Below are positions 1-10,948 of a stretch of DNA of 64,000 nt, piece by piece (within the stretch, counting starts at the first letter, position 1; each line of letters starts with the position of its first letter). A program made the position numbers and the translations under genes. Below the pieces are notes generated by a model. That model saw nothing but the letters and a program-made list of their open reading frames with translations, did not search any database and was not told the DNA's origin. Source of the DNA: Ilumatobacteraceae bacterium (GTDB lineage Bacteria; Actinomycetota; Acidimicrobiia; Acidimicrobiales; Ilumatobacteraceae); NCBI GenBank assembly GCA_049433485.1, contig JBMTEX010000001.1, forward strand, positions 2,688-66,687, given 5' to 3'.

Positions 1-242
1 TCAATCACGGCTGTTCCTCGGTGCAAACGCCATTGCGCTTGAACAGGTGTGCCTAGTGGACCAGTGACCGTAGATGTTTTGTTCGCTCCACCCAGCACGG
101 CGAGAGTTCCCTCACCGCCATCAGCCATGGGAATTTCTGTGCAGTCAATATTAAGAGACCAACAAGCATGCCCAATTGCTGCGCACACTTGGGCAGCGGT
201 GGCGGTTCCTTTGAACTTGTCTGCCGCTGCAAGAACTCGCAT
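1..242 (-). CDS. glycerate kinase, N-terminal part (gene runs off the left window edge)
   Basis: Hand translation of the minus strand from ATG at 242 gives MRVLAAADKFKGTATAAQVCAAIGHACWSLNIDCTEIPMADGGEGTLAVLGGANKTSTVTGPLGTPVQAQWRLHRGTAVI. The DKFKG, ADGGEGT and VTGPLG blocks match glycerate kinase N-termini. An in-frame stop lies just upstream (252-254). It is absent from the ORF track because the frame is open at the edge. Confidence 0.6.
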   Translation of the reverse strand, partial: MRVLAAADKFKGTATAAQVCAAIGHACWSLNIDCTEIPMADGGEGTLAVLGGANKTSTVTGPLGTPVQAQWRLHRGTAVI

Positions 243-278
243 TCCGACACACTACGAGACACATATAAGGTTCCACTC

Positions 279-1724
279 ATGAGTGAAGAACTGACATCTC
301 TCGATGCCACCGCACAAGCCAACTTGATTGCACGGAAAGAGGTGTCGGCAACAGAACTTGTTGCAGCATCTATTGCGCAAGCAGAACGTGTAAACGGAAC
401 AATCAACGCAATCATTCATCCACGTTTCGAGAAGGCGCAACAAGAAGCGGCAACAGTTAAAGAAGGACCGTTTGCAGGTGTGCCATTGGTGTTGAAAGAC
501 CTCGGCGCATCAATGGCGGGCGAGCCGCATCACATGGGAACGCGATTTCTACAGAACGCCAACTACATCGCACCGCGCGATAGTTATCTCACGCAGAGAT
601 TCCGCAATGCCGGCTTCATTGTGATTGGCCGAACCAACACTCCAGAGTTTGGCAACACCATTACCACTGAACCACTGAGTTACGGACCATCACGCAATCC
701 ATGGAATACAGATCACTCCACTGGTGGATCATCCGGAGGGTCAGCAGCATCTGTCGCCTCGCACATTGTTTCTGTTGGACATGCAAATGATGGTGGCGGG
801 TCAATTCGAATTCCTGCAAGCGAATGCGGTTTAGTTGGACTAAAGCCATCGCGCGGCCGAGTGAGTAAAGGCCCAGACCTTGGTGAAAGCTGGATGGGTT
901 CCACCATTGATGGCTGTGTTACTCGCACGGTGCGAGACACCGCGGCAGTTCTTGATGTGATTTGTGGTTACGAAGCAGGCGACCCATACACAGCTCCACC
1001 ATTCGCACGACCATTAGTGGAAGAACTCACTGTGGCGCCCGGAAGATTAAGAATTGGAATTCTTGACCATCCATTGTTTGCGCATCAATTAGATGATGCT
1101 GAATCTCGGGAGAGTGTTCGTCGTACTGCAGATGTTCTGACTTCGCTTGGTCATGACGTGTCGGTTGCATGGCCAACAGCTCTTGAAAACGAAGAGAGCG
1201 CGGGAAAGTTCACAGCAATTGTGGCGGCGTGGACGCATACCGATGTGTCGTATTTTGAATCTGTGTTGGGCCGTGAATTGGGCGAGGGCGATTTGGAACC
1301 TGACAACATTTTGATGCGCGAACTCGGACGTCGCGTCACAACACACGATTACTTGGCAAACATGCAATGGCTGCATTCGTGGTGTCGCAGTGTGGTGGAG
1401 TGGTGGGAACCACGAGATGGTTCACGTGGCTTTGACATTCTTGTGACTCCAACGTTGGCTGGTCCACCGCCACCAATTGGTCGTCTTGCTGGCGAAAACG
1501 GTGGGCGCAATCTGCGCGAAATTCTCGCTTACACATCGCAATTCAATCTCACCGGTCAACCCGCCATCAGTCTTCCGTTGCATTGGAGCAAGAGTGGTTT
1601 GCCAATGGGTGTGCAGTGTGTGGCGGCTCCATTTAGAGAAGATCTCTTGATTCGATTGGCGGCGCAATTGGAAACTGCAATGCCATGGAATGATCGAGTT
1701 GCACCGTTGGTGGCGAATTCCTAG
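279..1724 (+). CDS. amidase (amidase-signature family)
   Basis: Carries the amidase signature GGSSGGSAA (HSTGGSSGGSAASVAS) and is family-typical in length. I chose ATG 279 (MSEELTSL) because the ORF-track start at 168 would overlap the divergent glycerate kinase start. Confidence 0.85.
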   Translation: MSEELTSLDATAQANLIARKEVSATELVAASIAQAERVNGTINAIIHPRFEKAQQEAATVKEGPFAGVPLVLKDLGASMAGEPHHMGTRFLQNANYIAPRDSYLTQRFRNAGFIVIGRTNTPEFGNTITTEPLSYGPSRNPWNTDHSTGGSSGGSAASVASHIVSVGHANDGGGSIRIPASECGLVGLKPSRGRVSKGPDLGESWMGSTIDGCVTRTVRDTAAVLDVICGYEAGDPYTAPPFARPLVEELTVAPGRLRIGILDHPLFAHQLDDAESRESVRRTADVLTSLGHDVSVAWPTALENEESAGKFTAIVAAWTHTDVSYFESVLGRELGEGDLEPDNILMRELGRRVTTHDYLANMQWLHSWCRSVVEWWEPRDGSRGFDILVTPTLAGPPPPIGRLAGENGGRNLREILAYTSQFNLTGQPAISLPLHWSKSGLPMGVQCVAAPFREDLLIRLAAQLETAMPWNDRVAPLVANS

Positions 1725-1744
1725 TGCATCGGTAGGGTTTCGGT

Positions 1745-2023
1745 ATGGCTGTGACCGTACGAATTCCCACAACAATGCGTCCAATCTCTGGCGGTGCTTC
1801 CACCGTTCAGGTGGATGGTTCCACCCTTCGTGAAGTTCTTGTTGCACTCAATACAGCGCACAACGGATTTTCAGAGCGTTTGTTTGATGATGCAGGTGAG
1901 TTGCACAAGTTCGTCAACATCTTCGTGTCCGACGACGATGTTCGTTACATGGACGGTCTCGAAACCGCAGTGAAAGACGGCGACACCGTGTCGATTATTC
2001 CGGCGGTTGCTGGCGGCTTTTAG
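1745..2023 (+). CDS. MoaD/ThiS/CysO-like ubiquitin-fold sulfur carrier protein
   Basis: 92 aa. The blocks IPTTMRPISGG, HKFVNIFVSDDDVRY and DGDTVSIIPAVAGGF closely resemble mycobacterial CysO. It has a C-terminal GG followed by one extra residue (F). Confidence 0.7.
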   Translation: MAVTVRIPTTMRPISGGASTVQVDGSTLREVLVALNTAHNGFSERLFDDAGELHKFVNIFVSDDDVRYMDGLETAVKDGDTVSIIPAVAGGF

Positions 2024-2180
2024 TCGAACCAATCCAGAACTAGTTAGTTCTGTGACATTGAGTGCGCACTAGTCGTTGTGCTTTGGCTCGAATTAACCAG
2101 TGCATGCGGAATCCAAATTCTTAATTAATTCTTATTTTTAATCGCGACGCGTCAAGAAGTTGTCACAGCAAAATTGAAAA

Positions 2181-3248
2181 GTGAACTTCCGACTTCGCCG
2201 CTCCACCGTCTTTGCCCTTGCGACTGTCACCACCCTCTTGGCGGGATGCACTCGCTTGACGGAATCGTCAACTACGACGGAGGTCAGTGATACCACCGCC
2301 GCTACGGTCGAGGGTTACATCGCCACGACACCGACAACAGATCAAGCAGCGGCCGGCAAAAGCATGACGACAACCACATTGAAGGAGTCGACGACAACCA
2401 CCGTGCGGTCCACCCCTACCACAGTTTCCCCAGCGAAGACTAAGGCGGCCCCCGGATGCGCTTCGACTTATGTGTTCCCAGACCTATCGAGTGCGCCCGG
2501 TGCCGGTGGTAGTTATCCCAAACCGTCTGTGACAGCGAGTTGCGGCAATGGGCTTCTCACTGTGAAATCGAATGGAATGATTGGCTATACGTTCGTGTCG
2601 AAAACACCGAATGGACTTCGTGCGCAGTCCTACACCTGGAGTGTGACGACGTCACCCAAAATTGCTGCTTCGACCACAAGCATCAGTAGTCAACTCGGAG
2701 CAGTTGGTTTCACCGTCAGTGGTATTCCGATCTATGGGCCAATGGAAGGGCCGGTTCCTCCGCAGGAAGCTTTTGGAGACCCGGTGTACAACAATTTGTT
2801 AGATAGCTGCAAAGGTCACACCGGTTACAACGCGGATTACCACTATCACGCAATTGTCGCAGAATCTGCGTGTTACCTAAATGAGACGATTGTTGGTTAC
2901 GCACTTGACGGGTTCCCGGTTTATTCGAACCCCGGTTACAAGTACAAATCAGGCTATGCAACAACTGGAAATCCACGATCAAATGCGTGGAGCGCATACA
3001 CCTACTCTTCAGGCGATGCAAACACATTGGATGCATGTAATGGACGCACAGATGCTGACGGTAATTATCGGTACTACGCCACAGAGGCATTTCCGTACAT
3101 CATCGGCTGTTATGCCGGAACGCCACGAACTCAGGTGGGGGCAGCTGGCGCACCCATGCCGCCAATGAATAACGCGGCTCAAACCTCGATCAGCAAGTTG
3201 AGCTCACCGCTGAAGGACACATGGTTGTGTGTTCTGACGAACATTTAA
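2181..3248 (+). CDS. secreted lipoprotein with YHYH-type domain
   Basis: Signal peptide with lipobox LLAGC, a Thr/Ser-rich linker, and a GYNADYHYHA motif typical of YHYH-domain proteins. GTG start at 2181, preceded by an AT-rich intergenic region. Confidence 0.6.
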   Translation: MNFRLRRSTVFALATVTTLLAGCTRLTESSTTTEVSDTTAATVEGYIATTPTTDQAAAGKSMTTTTLKESTTTTVRSTPTTVSPAKTKAAPGCASTYVFPDLSSAPGAGGSYPKPSVTASCGNGLLTVKSNGMIGYTFVSKTPNGLRAQSYTWSVTTSPKIAASTTSISSQLGAVGFTVSGIPIYGPMEGPVPPQEAFGDPVYNNLLDSCKGHTGYNADYHYHAIVAESACYLNETIVGYALDGFPVYSNPGYKYKSGYATTGNPRSNAWSAYTYSSGDANTLDACNGRTDADGNYRYYATEAFPYIIGCYAGTPRTQVGAAGAPMPPMNNAAQTSISKLSSPLKDTWLCVLTNI

Positions 3249-3691
3249 ACCGGTAGCTGGGGGTTTCTAGTTCGCGTTGTGAGTGTTGGTGCCACCCAAT
3301 GACGGCGCGCATCAACTGAGAACAATTCGTCGCGAGTCCAGAACTCAAGTGGTGCTGTTCGCGAGACCAATGCATCACCCACAATGTGCTCAGGGCTAAC
3401 ACCTTCTCGCAGTAGCTCATCAATCGCCCACACGTAATACACAGTCAATGTGTCGTGGTATCCACCGGTCTCTGTGTTGGGTGTATTCGTGCTGAGGTTG
3501 TACCGGGGGATGGCTTCGCGGAGTGTGGCCAGAGCGCGTGCAGCTCCCATTCGAAGAACGAGTGAGAGAGCAGCTTGGACGTGGGCGTCGTGGGTCCAGT
3601 CGGCCTTCGGAAGGCGGCATGCCGTCATGGCGACGGCGATGGCGTCAGCGGCCTTCACAGCGTTCATGGCGGGTGTCATTGAAGGATCCAC
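3245..3691 (-). CDS. hypothetical protein
   Basis: 148-aa ORF filling the gap between the lipoprotein gene and the groEL regulatory region. No motif recognised. Its stop overlaps the convergent gene by 4 nt. Confidence 0.4.
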   Translation of the reverse strand: MDPSMTPAMNAVKAADAIAVAMTACRLPKADWTHDAHVQAALSLVLRMGAARALATLREAIPRYNLSTNTPNTETGGYHDTLTVYYVWAIDELLREGVSPEHIVGDALVSRTAPLEFWTRDELFSVDARRHWVAPTLTTRTRNPQLPV

Positions 3692-3758
3692 CTCTCCAGT
3701 CTCGCCGAGGCCTTCGTCTCAGGCGGGATGAATATCCGCTGGGCTAGCTGGTGTTGGG

Positions 3759-5475
<1,717 letters not shown>

Positions 5476-5506
5476 GCGCCGTTCTTCATAGAACACACTG
5501 AATTCT

Positions 5507-5547
5507 CGCCGTGGCGACCGCTTGGTCGTCACGGCGATTTTCATTTC
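5507..5547 (+). terminator. rho-independent terminator after groEL
   Basis: 13-bp stem cgccgtggcgacc / ggtcgtcacggcg (one G-U pair), loop gctt, followed by attttcatttc. Confidence 0.6.
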
Positions 5548-5622
5548 ATCCTCCGTTCACAGCTGATGACTGTTTATCTGAACGGCGATTCATTACGCTC
5601 GGAGAAGCATTAGGGGAGATGT

Positions 5623-7287
5623 ATGAAACATTCAAAACTTGTACGTGTGGCTGCACTTGTCGCGGCAACATCATTAATCACTTCTTGTGGATCTGGTTCA
5701 GAATCATCGGACACCACAGTACGTACGCGCAATGTGTCAATTCCAGTTTCGGGACTTGCGACTGTCGCACTGATTGCTGGCATTGACTCGGGAGGAACGA
5801 TACGCATATCAACTGTTCCCCTCGCGACGGCTGGAACAGTCGCATCAACAGAATTGTTCACTGACACAGGGGGATACACAACGGCAGTGACTGGCCTGGT
5901 GTACGACTCCCAAAATCGAGTCGTGTACTGGGCAACTCAGGAACTAAGAGATTTGAAGATTCGAAGTCGACAACTAGATGGCGGATCTACAAATACGTTG
6001 TACTCAATACCAAACAGTTATCCGTCTGGAGGACTCGGTCTAGACGCCGCGAACAATCGCTTGGTGTGGTCGGGTACTGAGTCCTCCACAGGAAAAATTT
6101 GGATGGGCGATACAAGTGGTACTTCGTACTCAACTTTAGTCTCAACATACAATGCAAAAGGATTGACAGTTTCAACAAACAAAATCTACGGTCTTATTGG
6201 ACTCAACATTCGCACCATTTCTATTTCCCCTTTCTCGCGTCTATTGGTGGCTTCTGGAGTTGGTGCAGACGCACACACTGTGATGACAGATGAAACAAAT
6301 TCAAAGCTCTACTATGCCAACGGATACTCAACATCTCCACAGATTTATTTGGTCAACACCGATGGGCTGAGTAGCCCGGCTATCTATACAACTCCTAGCC
6401 GTGGAGTGGTATCGCTCGCGATGCGAACGGATGGTTCAGTTGTGTGGGCCGATGGTATAGCGCCCTTGACTACTCCAACAAGTTCTGCTTCTGGAATAAG
6501 CATTGTGGATCCATTGGATCCAATGGTGTCCCGAGTCTTTTACCCATCACCTGACGTCAGGTTGACCGCTATGTGGTTGGTAGAGCAACCGTCGACGAAT
6601 GTAGAGGCTGAACTTGACGGTGATGGGCTAGTCGGTAGTGAGCACTCATGCATTGATGCATCATGGAGTAGCGATTTACCAGCACAACGATTATCAAGGT
6701 CTCCAGAAGTTGGTCGAGAATATGCATGGTATGTCGACGGAGAGGTTGTCGCCGGAGCAGGCGATCGAGTATTCGTACCCACGTCACCTGGCTCATTGAA
6801 GTGTGTTGTGACTGCATCAAACCTTGCCGGTTCTACAAGTTCAGAATCCTTGGAAGTTGCTGTTGCAGATCCACCGTCAACAACACCATCAACACCGTCA
6901 ACAACACCATCATCATCAAGCGTCGTCACAACTGTTCCTAGTTCAAGTGAGACAGACGGGGGATCACTTTCAGGAGGAGGTGCTTCGCCTGTGGTTACCA
7001 GTCCAACAACAACGGTGGCTCCTCGATACAAGTCCATTTCAGTGAAGTGGAGTTACAACTCTTCAAGGAAACTCTTGACAGGTACGTTCAAGAAAGTGTC
7101 AGGTGCTCGCACGTACAGCATGACGATGACAGGTGCTACGAAGAAGACTGTGAAGTGCGCAACTTCTCGAACAAGAGTGACGTGTAAGGCAACTTTGAAG
7201 AAGGGCGTCAACGTCATTACTGTGAATGCGAAGAATGCATCGAAGGTCATCATCGCTCAGAAGAGGGCGTCTAAGACCGTCAGATAA
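5623..7287 (+). CDS. lipoprotein with YWTD-like beta-propeller repeats, PST linker and Lys-rich C-terminal domain
   Basis: Lipobox LITSCG. Recurring VYWAT / LVWSG / LYYAN / VVWAD motifs at roughly 45-aa spacing resemble LDL-receptor class B propeller blades. The PPSTTPSTPSTTPSSSS linker is followed by a basic C-terminal roughly 90 aa. Confidence 0.6.
   Translation: MKHSKLVRVAALVAATSLITSCGSGSESSDTTVRTRNVSIPVSGLATVALIAGIDSGGTIRISTVPLATAGTVASTELFTDTGGYTTAVTGLVYDSQNRVVYWATQELRDLKIRSRQLDGGSTNTLYSIPNSYPSGGLGLDAANNRLVWSGTESSTGKIWMGDTSGTSYSTLVSTYNAKGLTVSTNKIYGLIGLNIRTISISPFSRLLVASGVGADAHTVMTDETNSKLYYANGYSTSPQIYLVNTDGLSSPAIYTTPSRGVVSLAMRTDGSVVWADGIAPLTTPTSSASGISIVDPLDPMVSRVFYPSPDVRLTAMWLVEQPSTNVEAELDGDGLVGSEHSCIDASWSSDLPAQRLSRSPEVGREYAWYVDGEVVAGAGDRVFVPTSPGSLKCVVTASNLAGSTSSESLEVAVADPPSTTPSTPSTTPSSSSVVTTVPSSSETDGGSLSGGGASPVVTSPTTTVAPRYKSISVKWSYNSSRKLLTGTFKKVSGARTYSMTMTGATKKTVKCATSRTRVTCKATLKKGVNVITVNAKNASKVIIAQKRASKTVR
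6874..6912 (+). repeat. two copies of an 18-nt identical core at 21-nt period inside the PST linker
   Basis: ccgtcaacaacaccatca occurs at 6874-6891 and again at 6895-6912. Confidence 0.8.
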
Positions 7288-7333
7288 TTGGAGTTGGTCC
7301 GGCTGACGTGATTCCGAATCCAATGCCAATCTC

Positions 7334-7361
7334 TTGACAGACGGCCTGTAGTCGTTGTAAT
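7334..7361 (+). promoter_or_regulatory. candidate sigma-70-type promoter for the ATP-grasp gene
   Basis: TTGACA (7334-7339), a 16-nt spacer, then TGTAAT (7356-7361), about 80 nt upstream of the GTG at 7441. Confidence 0.3.
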
Positions 7362-7440
7362 GGTTTTTCAGTTGATAAATGTTTGATGCGTATGTCTCGT
7401 TTGCGGTTCAAAAGAACAAGCAGCGATAGTCTCTTCTGTT

Positions 7441-8325
7441 GTGCCGTCATCAGTTGCTTTAGTGTCGTGTGCGGAAGCTCGCGATTTCGACACAGATTTA
7501 CCGTTGCTGGTAAGAGCTTTCGGCGATCGTGGGATTGTGGCAGACATAGTCAACTGGGACGATGAAAATGTTGCGTGGAGTTCGTATCGCGCTGCCATTG
7601 TGCGTTCACCGTGGGATTATCACCGGCGGTATGCGGAGTTTTGTGTCTGGTTAGACAAGGCCTCAATTCAAACGACGGTTTTCAACTCTGCAGACATCAT
7701 TAAGTGGAACACCGACAAGGTGTACCTGCAAGAAATGATTGATACCGATATCCCAGTGATTCCCACCACGTATGTTCGTGGTGCTGAAGATCTTGTTCTT
7801 GCGAATGATCTCATCAAAGGCGATGTTGTCGTGAAGCCAACAATTAGTGCCGGCTCAAACAACACCGAGCGTCATGTCAATGTCCCGGCAAGTGCAGCGG
7901 CTCACATCACACAGCTTGTTGACAGGGGAATGGTTGCCATGGTGCAGCCCTATCAACGCTTCATTGATGACCGTGGTGAAACCGGGATGCTGTATTTTAA
8001 CGGCGAGTACAGCCATGCATTTCGAAAAGGTGCAATCCTGGCAACGGGCGACAATGTGAAAAACGGTTTGTACACCGAGGAAGACATTGGGCCACGCGAT
8101 GCATCTCGGGAAGAGCGAGAATTGGGCGATGATGTAATTGACTTCGTGATACAGAAGTTTGGTACCGCACCTCTGTATGCGCGCGTAGACGTTGTTCGTG
8201 GGTCTGGTGGATACCCAGTACTGATGGAACTTGAAATGGCAGAACCTTCTTTGTATCTGCACACTTCACGGGATTCTGCAACTCGATTCGTGAACGCATT
8301 ACTGCAACAAACTGCCTCGCTTTAG
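7441..8325 (+). CDS. ATP-grasp domain protein (RimK-like fold)
   Basis: 294 aa. The layout is typical of small ATP-grasp ligases (VVKPTISAGS, MLYFNGEYSHAF, ELEMAEPSL). GTG start. Confidence 0.55.
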   Translation: MPSSVALVSCAEARDFDTDLPLLVRAFGDRGIVADIVNWDDENVAWSSYRAAIVRSPWDYHRRYAEFCVWLDKASIQTTVFNSADIIKWNTDKVYLQEMIDTDIPVIPTTYVRGAEDLVLANDLIKGDVVVKPTISAGSNNTERHVNVPASAAAHITQLVDRGMVAMVQPYQRFIDDRGETGMLYFNGEYSHAFRKGAILATGDNVKNGLYTEEDIGPRDASREERELGDDVIDFVIQKFGTAPLYARVDVVRGSGGYPVLMELEMAEPSLYLHTSRDSATRFVNALLQQTASL

Positions 8326-8358
8326 CCATCGACGCCTTGGGTCGGTAGGTTGGGGATT

Positions 8359-9033
8359 ATGAGCGAACCCATGTCTCCATCTGTTGGACTTGCCGTAGTC
8401 CATCTTTTCTGCAAGCCCTTCCCAGACTTCGACGGTGAAGCACTTGTTCAAGCAGTGAAGAACGCAGAGAACAACGGAGTCACGGTTGTAACAGTCTCGA
8501 TGTTGGGACATAAGGCAGACGTTGCAGTGATGGGTCTTTCCTCCGATATGCGTGCCCTGAAGGCTTTGCAAACTGGTGTGCAGCATGCCGGTCTTGAAGT
8601 AGTGGACAGCTATGTGTCACTTACCGAGGTCAGCGAGTACGCGAAAGGCATGCCACAGGAAATGTTGAATGCACGTTTGTACCCACAGCTTCCACCAGCT
8701 GGAAAGAACGCATGGTGCTTCTACCCAATGTCAAAGCGCCGCAACGAGGGTCAGAACTGGTTCACGCTGGAGTATGACAAGCGCAAAGAGCTCATGGAAG
8801 AGCACGGCAAGAGCGGCCGTACTTTTGCGGGTCGTGTGATTCAGTTGGTGACTGGTTCTGCGGGACTTGACGACTTTGAATGGGGAGTCACATTGTTTGG
8901 CGTGCATCCAGATGACTTAAAAGAAGTGGTGTACACCATGCGCTACGACGAAGCATCTGCTGTGTATGCAGAATTTGGTGCGTTCTACGTGGGAATGGTG
9001 ACACCTGTCGAGGAACTCATTAACGAGATCTAA
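8359..9033 (+). CDS. hemQ: coproheme decarboxylase / chlorite dismutase-like protein (HemQ/ChdC)
   Basis: The blocks WCFYPMSKRR, NWFTLEYDKRKELMEEHG, GLDDFEWGVTLF and TMRYDEASAVYAEFGAFYVG are typical of actinobacterial HemQ. I prefer ATG 8359 over TTG 8350. Confidence 0.8.
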   Translation: MSEPMSPSVGLAVVHLFCKPFPDFDGEALVQAVKNAENNGVTVVTVSMLGHKADVAVMGLSSDMRALKALQTGVQHAGLEVVDSYVSLTEVSEYAKGMPQEMLNARLYPQLPPAGKNAWCFYPMSKRRNEGQNWFTLEYDKRKELMEEHGKSGRTFAGRVIQLVTGSAGLDDFEWGVTLFGVHPDDLKEVVYTMRYDEASAVYAEFGAFYVGMVTPVEELINEI

Positions 9034-9099
9034 CATGGCCACCGCGCTTCGCATTCTTGTTGTGCAGATTGCTCGGGCAATTTTTAGAAGGATGTCGCG

Positions 9100-9801
9100 A
9101 TGACCGAATTGTTGTTTCTCCGCGATGCGTACCAACGAGAGTGTACGTCAACCGTTGTCGATATTCGTGATAACGCAGTTGTTCTAGATAAAACCATCTT
9201 TTATTACACCGGTGGTGGACAACCCCATGACACCGGCGTGTTGGGCGGGAATGTTGTCGTCGATGTGCGAAAAGATGGGGACGATGTTCTTCACTATCTC
9301 ATTGAAGGGGCTGCACTGCCATCCGTAGGGGATGTTGTTGAATGCTCCATTGATTGGGATCGTCGTCATCAACTCATGCGCACACATACGGCGATGCATG
9401 TTTTATGTGGTGTCATCTGGAACGAATGGAAAGTTCCCGTGACTGGCGGCAACATGGAGCCGTTGTCTGCACGTATGGACTTTGAATTGCCAGAGGTGCC
9501 GGAAAGTTTCTTGCAACGTGTTGAGCAGTTGGTGAATGAAGCAGTGACTGCTGACTACCCGATTGAAGTGTCGTTCCTGCCGCGGGACACAGCCGTTGAA
9601 GACGAAGATCTCATCCGCACCAAAGTGTCACTCATTCCAGTAAATGTGAAGGAAATTCGCGTGGTGGACATTGTCGGCTTAGACAAACAAGCCGATGGTG
9701 GTACGCATGTGGCGTCAACAACGGAAGTTGGATCTGTGCGCGTCGTGAAGATGGAGAATAAAGGCAAAGGGTTCCGTCGCCTTCGAGTTGAAATCTCGTA
9801 A
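9100..9801 (+). CDS. alanyl-tRNA editing protein (AlaX-like)
   Basis: HTAMHVLCG and GGTHV zinc/editing motifs of the threonyl/alanyl-tRNA synthetase second additional domain. 233 aa. Confidence 0.7.
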   Translation: MTELLFLRDAYQRECTSTVVDIRDNAVVLDKTIFYYTGGGQPHDTGVLGGNVVVDVRKDGDDVLHYLIEGAALPSVGDVVECSIDWDRRHQLMRTHTAMHVLCGVIWNEWKVPVTGGNMEPLSARMDFELPEVPESFLQRVEQLVNEAVTADYPIEVSFLPRDTAVEDEDLIRTKVSLIPVNVKEIRVVDIVGLDKQADGGTHVASTTEVGSVRVVKMENKGKGFRRLRVEIS

Positions 9802-9806
9802 TCGGG

Positions 9807-10856
9807 CTACTTGCCAACCTCAAACATGATTTTCATAACGCCCTCTTCGCGCGCATCGAACATGCGATAACCCTCAGCACCATCTGCCAGTGTCATGCGG
9901 TGGGTGAAGATTCCATCGCCTTTCACACGACCACTTTGCAGAAGGGGTACAAGTTCTGGCCATTGCGCCACGACATTGGCAATGCCGGCTCGAACGGTGA
10001 GGTTTCGGTAGATGACGTCTCGCATAGGAATTGCTGTATCTCCTTGGGGCAGCCCAATGAATGATGCAGTGGCGCCGTGACGCGCTAACGAGGGAACAAG
10101 TCCAATTGCTGCCTTGGCACCAGATGCTTCGAAGATGGAATCGCAAGCGGCACCTTTAGTGATTTCACGGATCTGGTCACGTGCTTCATCGGGGTGCAAT
10201 GCCACAGCACCAACCGATTTTGCATGTTGGCGACGTGTTTCAACAGGGTCAATTGCAAAGACAGTTGCAGCACCGCGGGCAAAAGCAAGTTCAATCCCCA
10301 ACAATCCAATGGGGCCTAAGCCAACTATTGCTGTGTTCGAACCTGGCTGAATGTTTGCGCGAGAAACTCCAAAATGTGCGGTGGCAAGCGCATCGGTGAG
10401 GAGAATTGCTTGATCGAATGAGATGCCGTCGGGAATCTTCATAAGCGTGAGATCTGCATTGGGCACTTGTGCAAACTCTGCCTGGCCACCTTGTAGGCGA
10501 GTACTTAATCCGAATGCTGTGCTGCGCGAGCAACGACCAACACGGGACAAACACGCACTGCATTCCCCACATCCTGAACCACCTGCAGCAATGACATGGT
10601 CTCCAACTACGAATCGGTGTACGTCTTTTCCAGCGGCGACAATGACACCAATGAATTCATGCCCTACGCAAAAGGGCTCAACACCGGCGGAGTAGTCAGT
10701 TTTGCCGATCTTGTCTCCGTGATAGATGTGGAGATCGCTTCCGCAGATACTGCAGTGGCTCACTTGAAGAATGACGGAATGATCAAAGTCGAGTGACGGG
10801 TCTGGGTAGTCCTCACAGCGAATTTCGCGCGGACCTTGGAATACCAAAGCTTTCAT
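9807..10856 (-). CDS. zinc-dependent alcohol dehydrogenase (MDR family)
   Basis: MKALVFQGP, CSICGSDLH, GHEFIG and GLGPIGL Rossmann motifs. ATG at 10856 chosen (cat at 10854-10856). The longer ORF-track start would overlap the divergent gene. Confidence 0.8.
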   Translation of the reverse strand: MKALVFQGPREIRCEDYPDPSLDFDHSVILQVSHCSICGSDLHIYHGDKIGKTDYSAGVEPFCVGHEFIGVIVAAGKDVHRFVVGDHVIAAGGSGCGECSACLSRVGRCSRSTAFGLSTRLQGGQAEFAQVPNADLTLMKIPDGISFDQAILLTDALATAHFGVSRANIQPGSNTAIVGLGPIGLLGIELAFARGAATVFAIDPVETRRQHAKSVGAVALHPDEARDQIREITKGAACDSIFEASGAKAAIGLVPSLARHGATASFIGLPQGDTAIPMRDVIYRNLTVRAGIANVVAQWPELVPLLQSGRVKGDGIFTHRMTLADGAEGYRMFDAREEGVMKIMFEVGK

Positions 10857-10948
10857 TGTTCCCCCTTGTTGCTTAACCCTACTGATGTGGGGCCCGACAC
10901 GACCGCACGAGACGAGGTCACATACGATGACTTCAACAAGGGGAATGT

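Noticed and set aside
49-415. ORF-track entries 49..282 (+), 53..415 (-) and the long form of the amidase (168..)
   Set aside because: A different minus-strand frame encodes a convincing glycerate kinase N-terminus starting at 242, and the amidase has a good ATG at 279. The listed ORFs overlap these and carry no motifs.
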